Below are positions 23,802 to 36,754 of a DNA stretch of 64,000 nucleotides, piece by piece. Location of the stretch: the NCBI GenBank assembly GCA_964036045.1, contig OZ038378.1, positions 146,382,001 to 146,446,000 on the forward strand, read 5' to 3'. This DNA is from Eutreptiella sp. 'Long Island Sound 2002'. Lineage: Eukaryota > Protista > Euglenida. The first letter of the stretch is position 1. Every line of letters begins with the position of its first letter. The translations under genes were made by a program, and so were the position numbers. The notes under the pieces were generated by a model. That model ran no database searches. It had not been told where the DNA came from and worked only from the letters and a program-made list of their open reading frames with translations.

Positions 23802-25868
23802 GTCCTCGGAGACGGATAAATGGGAGGCGCCTCAGGCCAGAGCAAATGGCAGGGCAAAAGCCTAGAGTGTGCGGAGCAGAGGCGTGTAACTATTGGGAAC
23901 GGCCTCGACTTTCACCCCCCCCCCTTAGTAGGGGGAATCCTTGCGTTGCGCGCTACCTTTAGACTACATTTCCCTGTGAAGAAACGCCATACCGACCCCT
24001 TCCAAACACCCTCAAAAGTAGGCCACCCCAGCTACCCTAGCTCAAGACGGTTGGGTACTACCTTCCCCTCCCATCAGATGCCATGAAATAATGTCCCTTG
24101 AATCTTTGAAGCCCCTTAGGATCCCTAAGAAGAACACCCGCCAATGTCACAAGGGGCAACGGAAAGTCTTTCTACCCATCGAATCTCGGCAACAACACGA
24201 TTCAAGTAAGACTACACACGATGCACATTTGCCCACCATGCATCCTCAGATTCTCAAGCTGCTCTTGTCAAATGGTTGATCTTCATTTGCACGCTTGTCA
24301 TTTGCATGCTGGTCTTTACCTTGACAATTGCATCCGACGTAGGATGCAAATCCACAGAGGCTGATGCAGAGTGCCCACATTGAGCGCTGCCATAGTGGGG
24401 AGAAATCAACCCAGAGAGTAGAACATGCGGCTTGTGAAAATAGGTGACAATGGGGGGGGGGGATGTGTGAAACCACAAAAATGCCATATCCAATGCAAAA
24501 GAAGCACCAAAATACGTGTCATCAAACAACAATGATGCCCCTGGTACCACAAAGTGTGCATGGGGTTCTCGTACGGCGAGATGCCCAAATAGTCGCACAG
24601 CCCGCACACTGCGCTTAAATCTCCCCTTCGTAGCCAACACCACGCGCCTGGTGCTTTTTTCGGGCATGGTGGGCAGCCCCCAGTGGGCAACTCATTCCCA
24701 TTGCTACACCACTACAACGTTCAATGACAGACAGCCGCCTACGTACAGGGGCTCATGGAGAGGGTCCAAAGCGGTCCGCAATGGAGGCAACAGCACAGAA
24801 ATGGTGTACCATGACTTTGCTCACTCGCAAGTCAGAGTGTACACCACACCTCGAGCTTTGTCACGTACCTGATTTACATTGGAGGTATTTGATTTTGCAA
24901 GGCACTTTGGGTTCTTGCCAACTACAAGCTACACCAGAACACAACGGTGGCACTGAACAATACTGCACGAGACCATGCTTTTTGTTGTGCTTTGGTGATC
25001 TATTGATGTGTTGCATGACGTTGGATGGCCCCAAGGGTCACATCCCGTTGAAGAGCCAGCAGCCCTCTGATACCCTGCATCCACTATCATCGAGTTTCGA
25101 CTTCTTGTATTCATTCTTGCACGGACGCTACATGGTGTTTCCAAACTAGGAAGAAGGCCTGCATGACTGTTTTTGTGTCTACACGCGTTCAATGGGTGCA
25201 ACCCTCCAATCCAGACCATGGGTATTTTGCACACCACACATGGAAGATTGAAAGTTGGTGGCTCATGCATGTAAGGAGGTTGCAGATGGGACTCACCAAG
25301 ACATGCCTTTGTGTCTATGCAGGGGGCGGGGGTGACAAGGTTAGCATAGACCAACTCCCTTTGGTGTTGCACAAGGGGGGCTTTGTTTCAAGGGGGGGGG
25401 GGGGGGGGCTCAATGGTCAGGTTGCAATGTCCGCATTAGGATCGGGCTGCGCCTGCCCCACAGCTTTCATCGCCCACTTAGTCAGGCAAGCAGTCAGTCA
25501 GACAGTCAGTCGGGCAAGCAGGCAGGCAGAAACACACAGTTTGGGTTTTTTCAGTGGCAGATCCGGCTTCACGCGGTGGGGAGGGCAGGTACTGTCAGAA
25601 CAAGCAACGGTCGAATGGGTAATGCAGCCGACCGCAGACGGGTAGGTTGGCGGTTCGAATCCCTGTCGGCCGACCTGTCAGCTCTGCCCAATCTGACCCT
25701 CGTTCAAACCCTTCTGAGCACATACTTCTGAGCACAATCTTTTGACCCCCCACCCCAGCCCCCCCACACCATCCCAGCCACCCACCCACCCACCCACCCA
25801 CCCCAAAAAAACTGATATCCAGTTTCAGGGGATAGAGGCCTCAGAATCAAAAAATCCATTGGGGGATT

Positions 25869-26555
25869 GAGGGTGCCTCAGCGCACCGCGCGCGCACACC
25901 GCGCGCACCGCGCGCTGAGGCAGACGCGTCACTTACCGGTGAAATGCACACCTTTTTCAGACAGGTGTTTTGTGAAATGCTACAGTAAAATGTTTGGTTC
26001 CCACTGCAATGTTTGGTTCCCAATGCTTTGTTTTCAAGCGGTTTCAAAATGTTTGGTTTCCACTGCAATGTTTGTTTCCCAATGCTTTGTTTTAACACGG
26101 TCTCAAAACGTTTGGTTTCCACTGCAATGTTTGTTTCCCAATGCTTTGTTTTCTCATTGTTGAAAATCCCAAAGACAAACATAGCACTGCAATAGTACAA
26201 ATCAATTAGGGCAGTAGTATGCGCCAGAATGAATGACCCGTGAACGAGGGAACCATAAAAAACCTTACTGCCTGGCGCCAGAAGGTCAGCATTCATTGCC
26301 ATCTGTCCCGTGGAAAGCAAAGGAGGCAAAACATAATCACACCGATATTTTCTAATGCACAAGGTGCCCTGCTGCCCACTTCTACACCTGGACATTGATA
26401 TTTCCACCCAAACACAACAATTGGCCACCTAGTTGTCATACTAAGGCCCCTATGACCGCTTTTTGGCAACATTCTATGGTACCGCCGTTCTAAGTCAACC
26501 GGGCTACAGTCGCACCGCGCGCGCGCACCGCGCGCACCGCGCGCGAGGCACCCTC
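25869..26555. mobile_element. Harbinger-type MITE nested in dispersed repeat family A
   Basis: Perfect 11-bp TIR GAGGGTGCCTC/GAGGCACCCTC, TSD ATT (25866-68, 26556-58), GCACCGCGCGC subterminal repeats. The uninterrupted target is visible at ~38330 (ccattgg..attgtcttattgggc). Confidence 0.8.
25987..26150. repeat. 59-bp tandem repeat, about 3 copies, inside the MITE
   Basis: aaaatgtttggtt(t/c)ccactgcaatgtttg... starting at 25987, 26046 and 26105. Confidence 0.8.
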
Positions 26556-26559
26556 ATTG

Positions 26560-26705
26560 TGTTATTGGGCAAAATAATGATTTTACAAGGGGGTTGGACA
26601 TCAAATATCATGCCTTGGGGTATGCTACGCGAATGACCCCCAAAAAGGAGGGGTATACGACGCCCGCGCCTGCGCTTGAGCTAACAACCTCTCTTCGAGG
26701 GGATT
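26560..26705. repeat. Dispersed repeat family A; other copies at ~13480-13615, 29290-29430, 37985-38155 and 38300-38490
   Basis: ttattgggcaaaataatgattttacaagggg...ccttggggtatgctacgcgaatgacccc...cgcctgcgcttgatctaacaacctctcttcgaggtgattt recurs. Confidence 0.8.
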
Positions 26706-29700
26706 TGAATAAGCAGCCCTTTGTGAGACCCACCCAGGCCCCTCCCCCCTGCATATTCCTTCTCATCAAAGCCTGGTACCAGCTCCCACAATTCTGGGCC
26801 TTGTGCACAGCACCACCCTCCATGGAAGTAACCAGAAGAAGAAGAAGAGAGGTGGCAGGGGTGGAGGGTTCAAGGCCCAGGGGGAGATGCATCCAGCATG
26901 CGCTCTGCAGGGCCGCAGCATGGTGCAGCTCCGGGCCAGAGAAGCAGCCGAGGCACGGATGCAGGCGATGCAACACAGACTATGGTGCTGGTGCCAGCCA
27001 CATGGATGCTTTACCTGACCCCCCCCCCCCCCCCCCCGGCGTAAAAGTACCAACAAGATATAAGCACACAGCCCCCTCCTCAACTGGCACAATCCAGACC
27101 ATATTCAAGTCAACCAGGTGGACGCCACATGGCCCCTGGCGCCTCTTCTGGCAGTGCCTTGCCCCCATCGGGGTCCACCAGAGGGGCTTCCTTTGATCTG
27201 TATGGACTTCATACCCGCGGGTGCCCTCCCAGGAGCGTCGCAGTGGGAGCACTGTGCAATGACGTGGGCGGGAAACCGCGATAACATGCAACGACACCCA
27301 GCAACCCCTTTCCTCTGTTCTCCATCCCCATCCACCGGCATGAGTCCAATCACCGCCCCACGCGTGCACAGGAGGCCCCACACAAGACTCGCGGCACACC
27401 ATGGCCATCAGTGAGCAAGCGGTGGCAGGTTCTGGTGCAGCCGCGGCGGTGTGATGGGCCCGCCTGTCGCCCTAAACCATGGAACTGCGGAATATTCCAC
27501 AACGTCCCACACCCCACATCAACTTTCACGAACGTCAGAGGGAGCCACTGGCCGCAGCGGGCCCCGGCAGCACGGCGGATAGGGTACGGGTTCGGTGTGG
27601 GTCAGGACCTACCCCTCCATTCACCCTCATTGAGGCACCAAACGGAGGGCACTGACAGTCTTTGGGCGAAGGCATTAACGCGGACTGTTGAACGCGGCGT
27701 CGATGGAGGCGCGTAGTACATTCCCCGCAGTGCGTTGCGTGTGCAAATGAGATTGTTGAGATCACCCCCCCCCCCCCCGGCCCGTCCGGCTCAGGCCTCT
27801 AGGCCTCAACTTGCTTTGTCACTCGCACCCGAATATCTTTGGTGCTGCACGCCGCACAAACGGCAGAAAACAGACAGAGTTTTGTCACTGACTGTTGCAG
27901 GAGGGGCGGAGGAAATTGCGCCTTGGCACCACACACAATTGGCGCGTATCGTATCGTGGCACATGCACATGTGAGAAATGTGACGAGGATACCGTGGCAC
28001 GTCTGCCCATCCCACTCCGTTCGAGGGGGCAAGCCATCCCGGACCATAGACAGAAGGGGCGCGTGCAACGCACGCGCAGCAGGCATGGCATCCGAGCGGC
28101 GACACACCCCGAGAAGAGCTGCCTCATCATCGATTTGGGTGGGGGGGGGGTGCCCATGTTGTGGGGTGCGGAGGTAAGCGGAAGACAGGGTCAAGTGGAG
28201 GAAGTGTGGCACGCCGAATGGACTGCATCGGTCCGCTTTTGGGAACAAGGGCTGACTCCTTCGACAGATCTTTGAGCACGTGCACTTTGCCTCCCGGGGG
28301 TAGGGAGGCCGGTCGGAAGGATAGCAACGATGGTGGGAAGGATAAGAAAGATGCCGTGCGTGTGCCGCCTGTTGGGGTTAATGGTGCGGGTTTGTGCGTG
28401 CCATGACAGCACGGGGCAAACAGACAGCAGGTGATCCGCAGTCTAAATGCAATACGGAGTCAAGAGGGAGTGTGTGGCCTAAATTGGCCTCAATTCTCTT
28501 GCGCCGAAGGCGCGGAAGAGAAAGTTGGCTTGGCCACAACGGAGGCAAGACCCCGAATAGGAGGAGGGGGGGGGGGGGCGGACCCCCCTGCTGCGATGGT
28601 TGTCAGCCGTTCTAATACATCCTCGCCTCAAACCCCCCTTCCACCCGCTCCCGGTGTACAAAACGGGGGGTACAGGAGCGGCAGCCACGGGACCATGGGG
28701 GGTGCTCAGGTGCAGTCCTTGACCCCAGCACCCCTTAAACATTTTGGCCCCTTGAAGGGGGGTTGGGGTGGGGGGGCTGGGACCAAAAACACCAACCGCT
28801 ACCTCGTGCCAGGGCTGAGCTTCGAGGGCGGAATCTTCAATGAGCAACAAACAACATTTGTCCCCATTTGTCCCCAGGGCGGGGGAAAGATCAACGTGGC
28901 CACAAAATCAGAAGGGGCTGCACAAATCCTGCCTTCTTTGGGGCCCAGGGAAAATGCCGAGAAAAAACTGAGCATTTTGAGTATGAACACATGGGTGACC
29001 TGATCTCCCAGCCCCTTTAAACGCAGCACCAAAACTTTCCGGCGCCTTTGGCGCCAGCCAATTTCTCCATATTGATTTGTACGATGGTCGGGACCTCTCA
29101 AACATTTTGGCCCCCGAGAGGGGGGGGGGGTTGGGGGGGGGGGGGGTGCTGGGGTCAGGACCTGCACCTGGGCGCACCCCGTGCATGGTCGGCCACATTA
29201 CGCAAAGAAGTTTTAACCCCCCCGAAAAAGGGGGTACCAGGGTACGGGGGGGGGGGGGTACGGGGGTCAAAATCCCAAAGATTATTGTGGTCCTTGATGG
29301 TTTTACAAAAAGGGTTAGACGTCAGAAACCATACGTTGGGGTATGCCACGCGAACGACCCCGAAAAAAGGGGGGGGTATACGACACCTGCACCTGCGCTT
29401 GATCTGACAACCTCTCTTCGAGGTGATTTAAGCTTAAATCCTCTTGGCACCGAAAGGCGCCGAAGCAAAAGTTTCTCCTCAAGCAATGGCCTGCGCTAGA
29501 GGGGCTTGTGTCGGTTGCGTGTTCCTGAAGGGGGCTCCGCGCTGTCGTGCCCGAGGGCCCGGGGCTGTGTCGCCGGTGCGCCGCAGGGCAGCACGCGGGC
29601 GACGCGCTTTGGAGGCGACGCACGCCGTGGCCGGCGGCCCAGGCCCCCGCGCCACAGAGAGTGCACGCGTCGCGATCGGGCCTTCCGAAGCATCCCCCCC

Positions 29701-29746
29701 CCCCCCCCCCCAGCCCCGGCCTCGCCCACTCTGCGCTGCGCACGGG

Positions 29747-29990
29747 CTACGGCGGCGCACTCGGCTGCTTCGCAGTCGGTAGGTTGGTCCGCTCCAGCAG
29801 CCACTTGAAGGCGTCGGCGACGCCCTCGCCCGACAGCGCCGACACCTCCGCCACGCACAGCGCGTGTGGGACATGGGCCGCAGGGCGGCCATGCCCTCCC
29901 GCAGGACCGCCGTGCACACCGCGTCCGGGCCGTCCATCTTGTTCAGGATCACCAGCAGCGGGATCTTGCGGACTGTGGCGCAGTGCAGGG
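29747..29990 (-). CDS. Last exon of an ARF/ARL-like small GTPase (G4, G5); one-base frameshift at 29875-29877; 5' boundary uncertain
   Basis: HCATVRKIPLLVILNKMD...ALRP / HVPHALCVAEVSALSGEGVADAFKWLL..., TAG at 29747. One extra C in the CCC run restores the frame. No in-frame AG acceptor found. Confidence 0.75.
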
Positions 29991-30401
29991 CACAGAGCGC
30001 GGGCGGCGCGCATCTCCCGGGCAGCCCCGGCGCCCCAGCGCCCCAGCGATTTGGTACCCCGCCCCCCCTGCGGGGGAGTCCCTTGCGGCTCAGGGGGGTC
30101 ACAGTAGATGCCTCATGGGCCCATTTCACAAGATGAGCTGGCACGCCGGACGCATCGTACGGAAGACTCGCGGCTTTATCTTATGAAATGGACCCATAAG
30201 ACACATCTACCCCCAAAAAACCACCTTCTGGAAAGTCAGTAAGATAAGTCAGCACTTCGGATTTGTATCATGTGCCTCCGGAAGTTTGATGCCCCCCGAC
30301 TGGGGCACCATCATAATTCCTCCGGAGCACAAGACCCCATTTGCCGATTTATCGAACCGACTTTTCACAAGGTAATTCTGAAATTAGCCACTGCATCGCC
30401 T

Positions 30402-31320
30402 TCCACAGCCCACGGGCTTGGGCTTCTCCGCTGTGGCGCGCCTGCAGCCTCCCTGCCTGCCTGGGCGGGGGGGGAGGACCCCTGGGGTCTACCGGGTCGT
30501 CCTGCACGTCCCGAAGGGCGGGGGGGGGGGGGGCAACATACGCCCAAGCGGACAGCCCCCACCCCCTTGACTCCCTGAACCCTCTGCTCCCCCACTGCCG
30601 CACCTGCCCGTCCGTGGGGAGTGTGGGGGGCTCAGGCTCTTGCCCGAGTCATGCGGCGGATGGTGGGGGATCGTCGCCCGTTGGGAAAACGACGGGACTT
30701 GGGGGAGAGGGGGCCTGGGCGTCTGGACCAATGACATTTATGATGTGCAAGGGCATGGGGTGCGTCGCAGTGGCAGGGACACGGTCAACGTGTACCCCCC
30801 AGAAAAGGCTGAGAGGCGGAAGTTTAGCCGCAAGTCCTTCTCCCTGTGGTGGCAGTTCCTACCGTCACGCTGCGGGCCAAGAAGGGCCAAATGAACCTTT
30901 CCCTCAATGACAGCTTCAGTCCACAGGGGGAAAAAAAACAGCCACGTCTCAATCGAGCGGCTGATGCCTCTGCCTGCGTGTCTGCCAATATATACTACAT
31001 CCCGAGACCAGAGGATTGGTCAACAAAGCCGGGGGCGGGGGGGTGCCATAAAGGCTGAGTGAGTATGCCAGTCGGTTGTGCGAGCCTGAGCCCCCCACAC
31101 TCCCCACGGACGGGCAGGTGCGGCAGTGGGGGAGCAGAGGGTTCAGGGAGTCAAGGGGGTGGGGGCTGTCCGCTTGGGCGTATGTTGCCCCCCCCCCCCC
31201 CGCCCTTCGGGACGTGCAGGACGACCCGGTAGACCCCAGGGGTCCTCCCCCCCCCGCCCAGGCAGGCAGGGAGGCTGCAGGCGCGCCACAGCGGAGAAGC
31301 CCAAGCCCGTGGGCTGTGGA
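30402..31320. repeat. Long inverted repeat (foldback): 238/239-bp arms around a 442-bp spacer
   Basis: 30402-30639 is the reverse complement of 31082-31320 apart from G/C-run lengths; no TSD. Confidence 0.9.
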
Positions 31321-31438
31321 CAGGGGGGGGGGGGTTCTGGCACGACCGAGGCAGCCCGCTCGCCCTCCCCTCCCCTTACAACAACAAGGCGACAGCCGGA
31401 GGACTGCCCCTGACCTCACTCCCTCGGTCAGCGAGGGG

Positions 31439-31550
31439 GACTTGCTCCTCACCCCACTGCCCTCCGTCGGGGAGCATGACTTGCTCCTCACCCCACTTCC
31501 CTCCGTCGGGGAGCATGACTTGCCTTTGACCCCACTCCCCTCCATGGGAG
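31439..31550. repeat. 39-bp tandem repeat, about 3 copies
   Basis: gacttgctcctcaccccactgccctccgtcggggagcat units start at 31439, 31478 and 31517. Confidence 0.8.
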
Positions 31551-32319
31551 GCCGGGTTTTCATTTCCAGGGGGGGGGGGGGGGGTCGATAGAGCCCTCCG
31601 GCCAGACCCCCCCCAAAAAGGGTTCAATTGACAGGACCCCCAAAATCCTACCGAGTCTGACCCCCGGGCCTCGGAGGTGACCCGGACCCAAAAATCGGGA
31701 AAAAAAGAAAATGGGATTTTTGGAATCAGCGCGTCGAGGGTTCAGAAAAGTCATCATTTGCCATATATTTGGTGAAAAAAAATCGACCAATTTTAATGCT
31801 CAAAAAAATTTTCGGCGCCTTTGGCGCCCGACTTCGCAATGACTGATTAATGGTGCCTGTCAATTGAGCCCTTTTCTCGAATCCCCCCCAGTTTTTGGGG
31901 GCTCTATTGACCCCCCCCCCCCCCGGAAGTGAAAACCCGACATGCCCGTCCACTCCCCTCCCTCTCATCCAACCCCCCTGCATGGCAGATGCACAGGGGA
32001 GGGTCAAGGGTGCAGGACGAGGTGAGGGCTGGGGCAAGCCCCCCCTCCAGCCCCACCCTCCACCCCCGCCACCACCACCACCACCGCTCGGAATCCAGGG
32101 CTAGGGCCAGGTCAAGAACCGGGGCCCGAGCCAGAGCAAGGGCCAGGGTCCGAGCCAAGACCAAGCCAAGGCCGAGGCCAAGGTCAAATTCACCCACGGC
32201 TGGAGCAAAGGCCACGCCAAGGCAGCGACCGCGGGACGGCCACATATGGCTGGGCCAAAATTAGGGGCCGGAGCGAACCAGCAAATTGGCCACCCATCCA
32301 CTAATCCACGAACCCACTC

Positions 32320-32890
32320 CTCCTTCCTCCTCCTCAACCACCACCACCACCACCTCCTCCTCCTCCTCCTCCTCCTCCTCCTCCTCCTCCCCTGCCCCCC
32401 CCTCCCCCTTCCAACTTGTTGTCGTCCTCATCACCGCCGCCCTCCTCCTCCTCGTCCTCTTCCTACTGCTTCTCAACCTCCTCATCCTCATCCTCATCCT
32501 CATCCTCATCCTCATCCTCCTCCTCCTCCTTGTTCTCCTCATCGTCCTCGTCCTCATCCTCATTGTCCTCCTCCTCCTCCCCATCCATCCTCGCCCTCCC
32601 CCTCGTTGCCATCGTCCTCCTCCTCCTCCTCCTCCTCCACGTCCTCCTCCTCCCTCTCTGCGTCCTCCTCCTCATCGTCATCGTCCTGTTCGTCCTTCTT
32701 GTCTTCCTCGTCGTCCTCATGCTCGTTGTCCTTGTCCTTCTCGCCATCGTCCCCCTCGTGCTCTCCTCCCCGTCGTCCTCTTTATCATCCCTCGTTGTCC
32801 CTCATCCTCCCTTGTCCTCCCTTATCCTCCTCCTGCTTCTCCTCCCCCCCTATCGCCCCCCCCTCCGCCTCATCCCCCGCCTCCTCCTCC
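32320..32890. repeat. Pyrimidine-rich trinucleotide low-complexity tract, (TCC/TCA/TCG)n
   Basis: Direct reading; it explains the Ser/Pro/Leu/Glu-rich pseudo-ORFs. Confidence 0.9.
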
Positions 32891-34445
32891 AAGACCAAGC
32901 TGGGGCCAAATCCAGGGCAAGAGATAGGGCAGGAGCTAGGGCAGGGTCGGGGTCACATCACAAGTGGATAAAGGGCTGGAGCCGGGATGGGGCTTGGGGG
33001 AAAGGCGGATCTGAGGCTGGTGTCCTGGTAGCGCCAGAGCTGGGTCGGGGTAGAGCCAGTGCAGTGGGCAGGGGTCCAGCATATGGAAGGGGCCGCCACG
33101 CACAGAAGTGGCACCACCGCCTTTTGTGGGCGCTGCTGAGGCGGCCGTGCCCCCCCACCCCCACCCCCCTCCTTCCAGTGGCCACCAGAGGTGCATCCAT
33201 GTGGGATGGTCGGCCGATATGCAGAGTTGTCGGGGACGCCGTTGTGCTCCCATGGGGGGCCTGTGAGCCACCGGACCCACCCCCCCAGCCGAGAGTGAGG
33301 GGGATTGACCAACGTGCTCTGCATCAGAAAGCACACAACAATGGCACAACAAGGCTCCAGGGTACCGCAACATACACACCCCAAAATGATCGCCCAGCGC
33401 GCTGATCGTTTCGACGTATGTGCCACGGGGGGATTATTTCAAAAAAAAATTATATTGCCTTCGGCAGTGCACCTCGAAGAGAGGCTGACAGTCAGCCAAT
33501 CAGTCAGTTAGACAGGCCAGCAGTCAGTCAGACAGAAACACACACTTTGGGTTTTGGTTGGCAGACACGGGTCCAAACAGTGAGAAGAACAATTGGTCTG
33601 AGAATTGGCAGTGGCCCAATGGTAATGCCGGCGGCCGACAATTTTTTGGTCGGCTTCGAACCCCGGTGCGGCCAATACGGCAGCGGCGTCGCGGCCGGCG
33701 TCCACCGACCAGGATTTGAACCACCGACCTGTAAATACGGCCTAAAACATGCTTTACATACCATGGATGGTCATATTGTGTGGTCACAATATCAAAAAAA
33801 TTAGTTTCGAAAACTTCGATTTTTGAGCTGCCCAAGGTGAAAAACTGCATTAGCAGGTGGTGTACCAATCCCTTGGCAGACCCCCCCCCCCCTGCGGCCA
33901 ATACCCAAATAGGGTGAAAAACACGTAAATACGGCCTAAGACATGCTTTACATACCTTGGATGATCATTTTAGGTGATCACAATATCAAAAAAACAAGTT
34001 TCGAAAACTTCGATTTTTGAGCTGCCTAGGGTGAAAAACTGCATAAGCAGGTTGTGTACCAATCCCTTGGGAGACCCCCCCCCCCACCCCCGACCTAATA
34101 GACATGCTTTACATAGCTTGGATGGTCATATTGTGTGGTCACAATATCAAAAAAACAAGTTTTGACCACTTCGATTTTTGAGCTGCCTAGGGTGAAAAAC
34201 TGCATAAGTAGGTTGTGTACCAATCCCTTGGGAGCCCCCCCCCCCCCCCCCCGTGCGGCCAATACCCAAATACGGTGAAAACCATGGTAAATACGGCCTA
34301 AGACATGCTTTACATACCTTGGAGATCATTTTAGGTGATCACAATATCAAAAAAACAAGTTTCGAAAACTTCGATTTTTGAGCTGCCTAGGGTGAAAAAC
34401 TGCATAAGCAGGTTGTGTACCAATCCCTTGGGAGCCCCCCCCCCC

Positions 34446-36546
34446 ACGGAGGAAGCCATATGCTATTGCACGCGCACAAGAGGCGATCAGCACAAAAAGC
34501 GTAGGAAGAAAATGGCTCGTCGGTGGCCTAAAAGACCATAGGTACCTTCCTGTCACAAAGAGTGCAACACGAAGACAACCTGTGGGCGGGACACCGACAA
34601 ATGTGCAGGGGTTATGCAGCGGTATGCACCAGATGCTCTCGCTATGCACTGACCCCTGAATCTGCCATATATCATCAAGAGTTCAGGTGTGTAATGACAG
34701 CAATGGAAATACAGAGACCCCCTCCCCCCGGGCCGGTGGCCCCACTGGAATGGGTTGTGAAGGATCTCCGCGGGGCGTGTGTGCCGATAGTATAGGAAAA
34801 TCGTAGCACCAATCGGCACACGTCTCACTACAAGGTCCTGTGTGTGGTACATGCCATGAGGCATACGCCGAACTGGACCATAAACTATGACTCTACAGCC
34901 ACTTACGCAGCCGATAAAAAATAGTGTCCCGTGTTGATGGGAGGGAACATAAAATATGCACTATCCAAGCTTGTGTGGCTTCGACGTCCCATGGCGTACG
35001 GCTTACAATGCCGGGCACGGCGGAGTGCAGCGCGCGCAGAACGGCCGACCGAATGTAGCTTGAGATCAACGAGATCCGGCACCAAGCTGTGATGCTGATC
35101 AAAATCCCAAGCCAGGAGTGCAAAAATGGTTGTACATTGAGGACAGCGCTCAAAATGATGCTGGCAATGTGTTTATAGTCTCGGGCCCATGGGCTTTGCA
35201 TCGTGACCGAATACTTGAGGCACCAGGTGTTCGTAAGACCAGATGGCTATGTGTATATGAGTGGTGGGTGTGCGTTGTGAAGATGAACTGTGATGCCCAT
35301 GGCAGTGACGCTGGTGGTCATGCATTTTTCAGTGCAGGTGTGTACAGTATCTGTGATGCATGGGCATAGGGCTGGTAGATCCCAGATTTCTGTGAGAGTG
35401 TCTGTGACGTGTTTCATGGTGGATTTTGCTGTGGGTCCGCGTGCTGCCACCATCACGTTGTCTCGAAACTGCAACAGTGAAATCGTATTTCCTGTGGGTG
35501 TGAGCCATAGTGGGCGTCCTCTTTCTGAGAACTGGAGTCTCCCCAACCGGCGCATGAGGTCAACCCGTTGCTTTACACCCCATACTGAACGGAGGTCTGC
35601 TGCTTGTGCGCTGAAGGGGCCGCCCATGGGTATCGTACCTTGTCTATCCCAAACCCGACCGGACGCTTGTGTAAATGTGTCAGTCATTAGGGAAAAGTAA
35701 ACTAGGTTTTCGAGGTCTGCGTGTGCCATAAGGAAGAATCGGTCTGATGTGCCTTTGCCCGCCCTGTCCAAATTTTTATTGTCGCGGTGGATGCTCCATA
35801 CCGTGTCCGCTGCGGACCAGCGTCGTCCTTTCTGAAGCCAAGTGACTTGCCTCGGAGAGGGATGTCATTACATCTTGAGGCTTTATATTGTTAAACTGAC
35901 CTAAGCAGATTGCCTCTGCAATGACCTGGCATTCCCATTCAGATAGGCCGTGAAACCAATCATTCATGTCGCTGATGCGAAGAACCAGGCCACAGCCTGG
36001 TATTTCGGAAATGAGGGTTCTGAGGAGCAGTGTGAACGCGCGTGCTGCCATGCGTAAGCAAAAGCACTCAATTTGTGGTTCAACCACAGCAGCTATGGGG
36101 CGCCATAGTATACTGCATTTCACCAATGATTTGGCTTTTCCTATGAGATACAATAGAGGTAGGAGTGATGAAGGATTGGCAGGCCAAGAATTTTTCTTCA
36201 CAATGTGCTTCAGGGATTTGTGGATGCGCTGTGTGTGCGTGAGTGGTTGGTGTGTGTAACCCTTGTTGGACAGGAACTCAATTGTGGCGTCCCAGACCCA
36301 CTGGTGACATGGTGACAGAAACCGAACAGCATGGCGGAACTTTTGTCTGCAATCCTGATGTATGCTACAGAGCTCAAGGATTGTGCAACTGTGCATACCC
36401 GCTGTCGTAGGAGCCCTTCCTCGTTCCATTGTTCCTGCGGCAGGAGGGCTCCTGTGGATTGCTGTGTGTAGGATCGGTCTGCATGCAGTGTCTGCGCGAG
36501 CTGGGCAAGTGCCTGTAGAGCAACTTGGCGAGAGCCTGTCGCGGCA
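34446..36546 (-). mobile_element. Penelope-like (PLE) retroelement, 5'-truncated, decayed RT; no recognisable endonuclease
   Basis: Across frameshifts: RIADKSSAMLFGFC, LPLLYLIGKAK...WRPIAA, EAICLGQFNNIKP, QGTIPMGGPFSAQAADL, LLQFRDNV match the PLE motif series ADK / P.LY..K..RPI / D..sLytNI / G.PMG / YxDD. Bounded by C11 and C14 tracts. Confidence 0.75.
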
Positions 36547-36754
36547 CCCCCCCCCCCCCCGGACCTAATACCCAAATAGGGTGAAAAACACGTAAATACG
36601 GCCTAAGACATGCTTACTTAGCTTGGATGGTCATATTGTGTGGTCACAATATCAAAAAAACAAGTTTTGACCACTTCGATTTTTGAGCTGCCTAGGGTGA
36701 AAAACTGCATAAGCAGGTTGTGTACCAATCCCTTGGGAGACCCCCCCCCCCCCC

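Noticed and set aside
32246-33405. Long ORFs of 213-329 aa
   Set aside because: Translations of the (TCC)n low-complexity tract.
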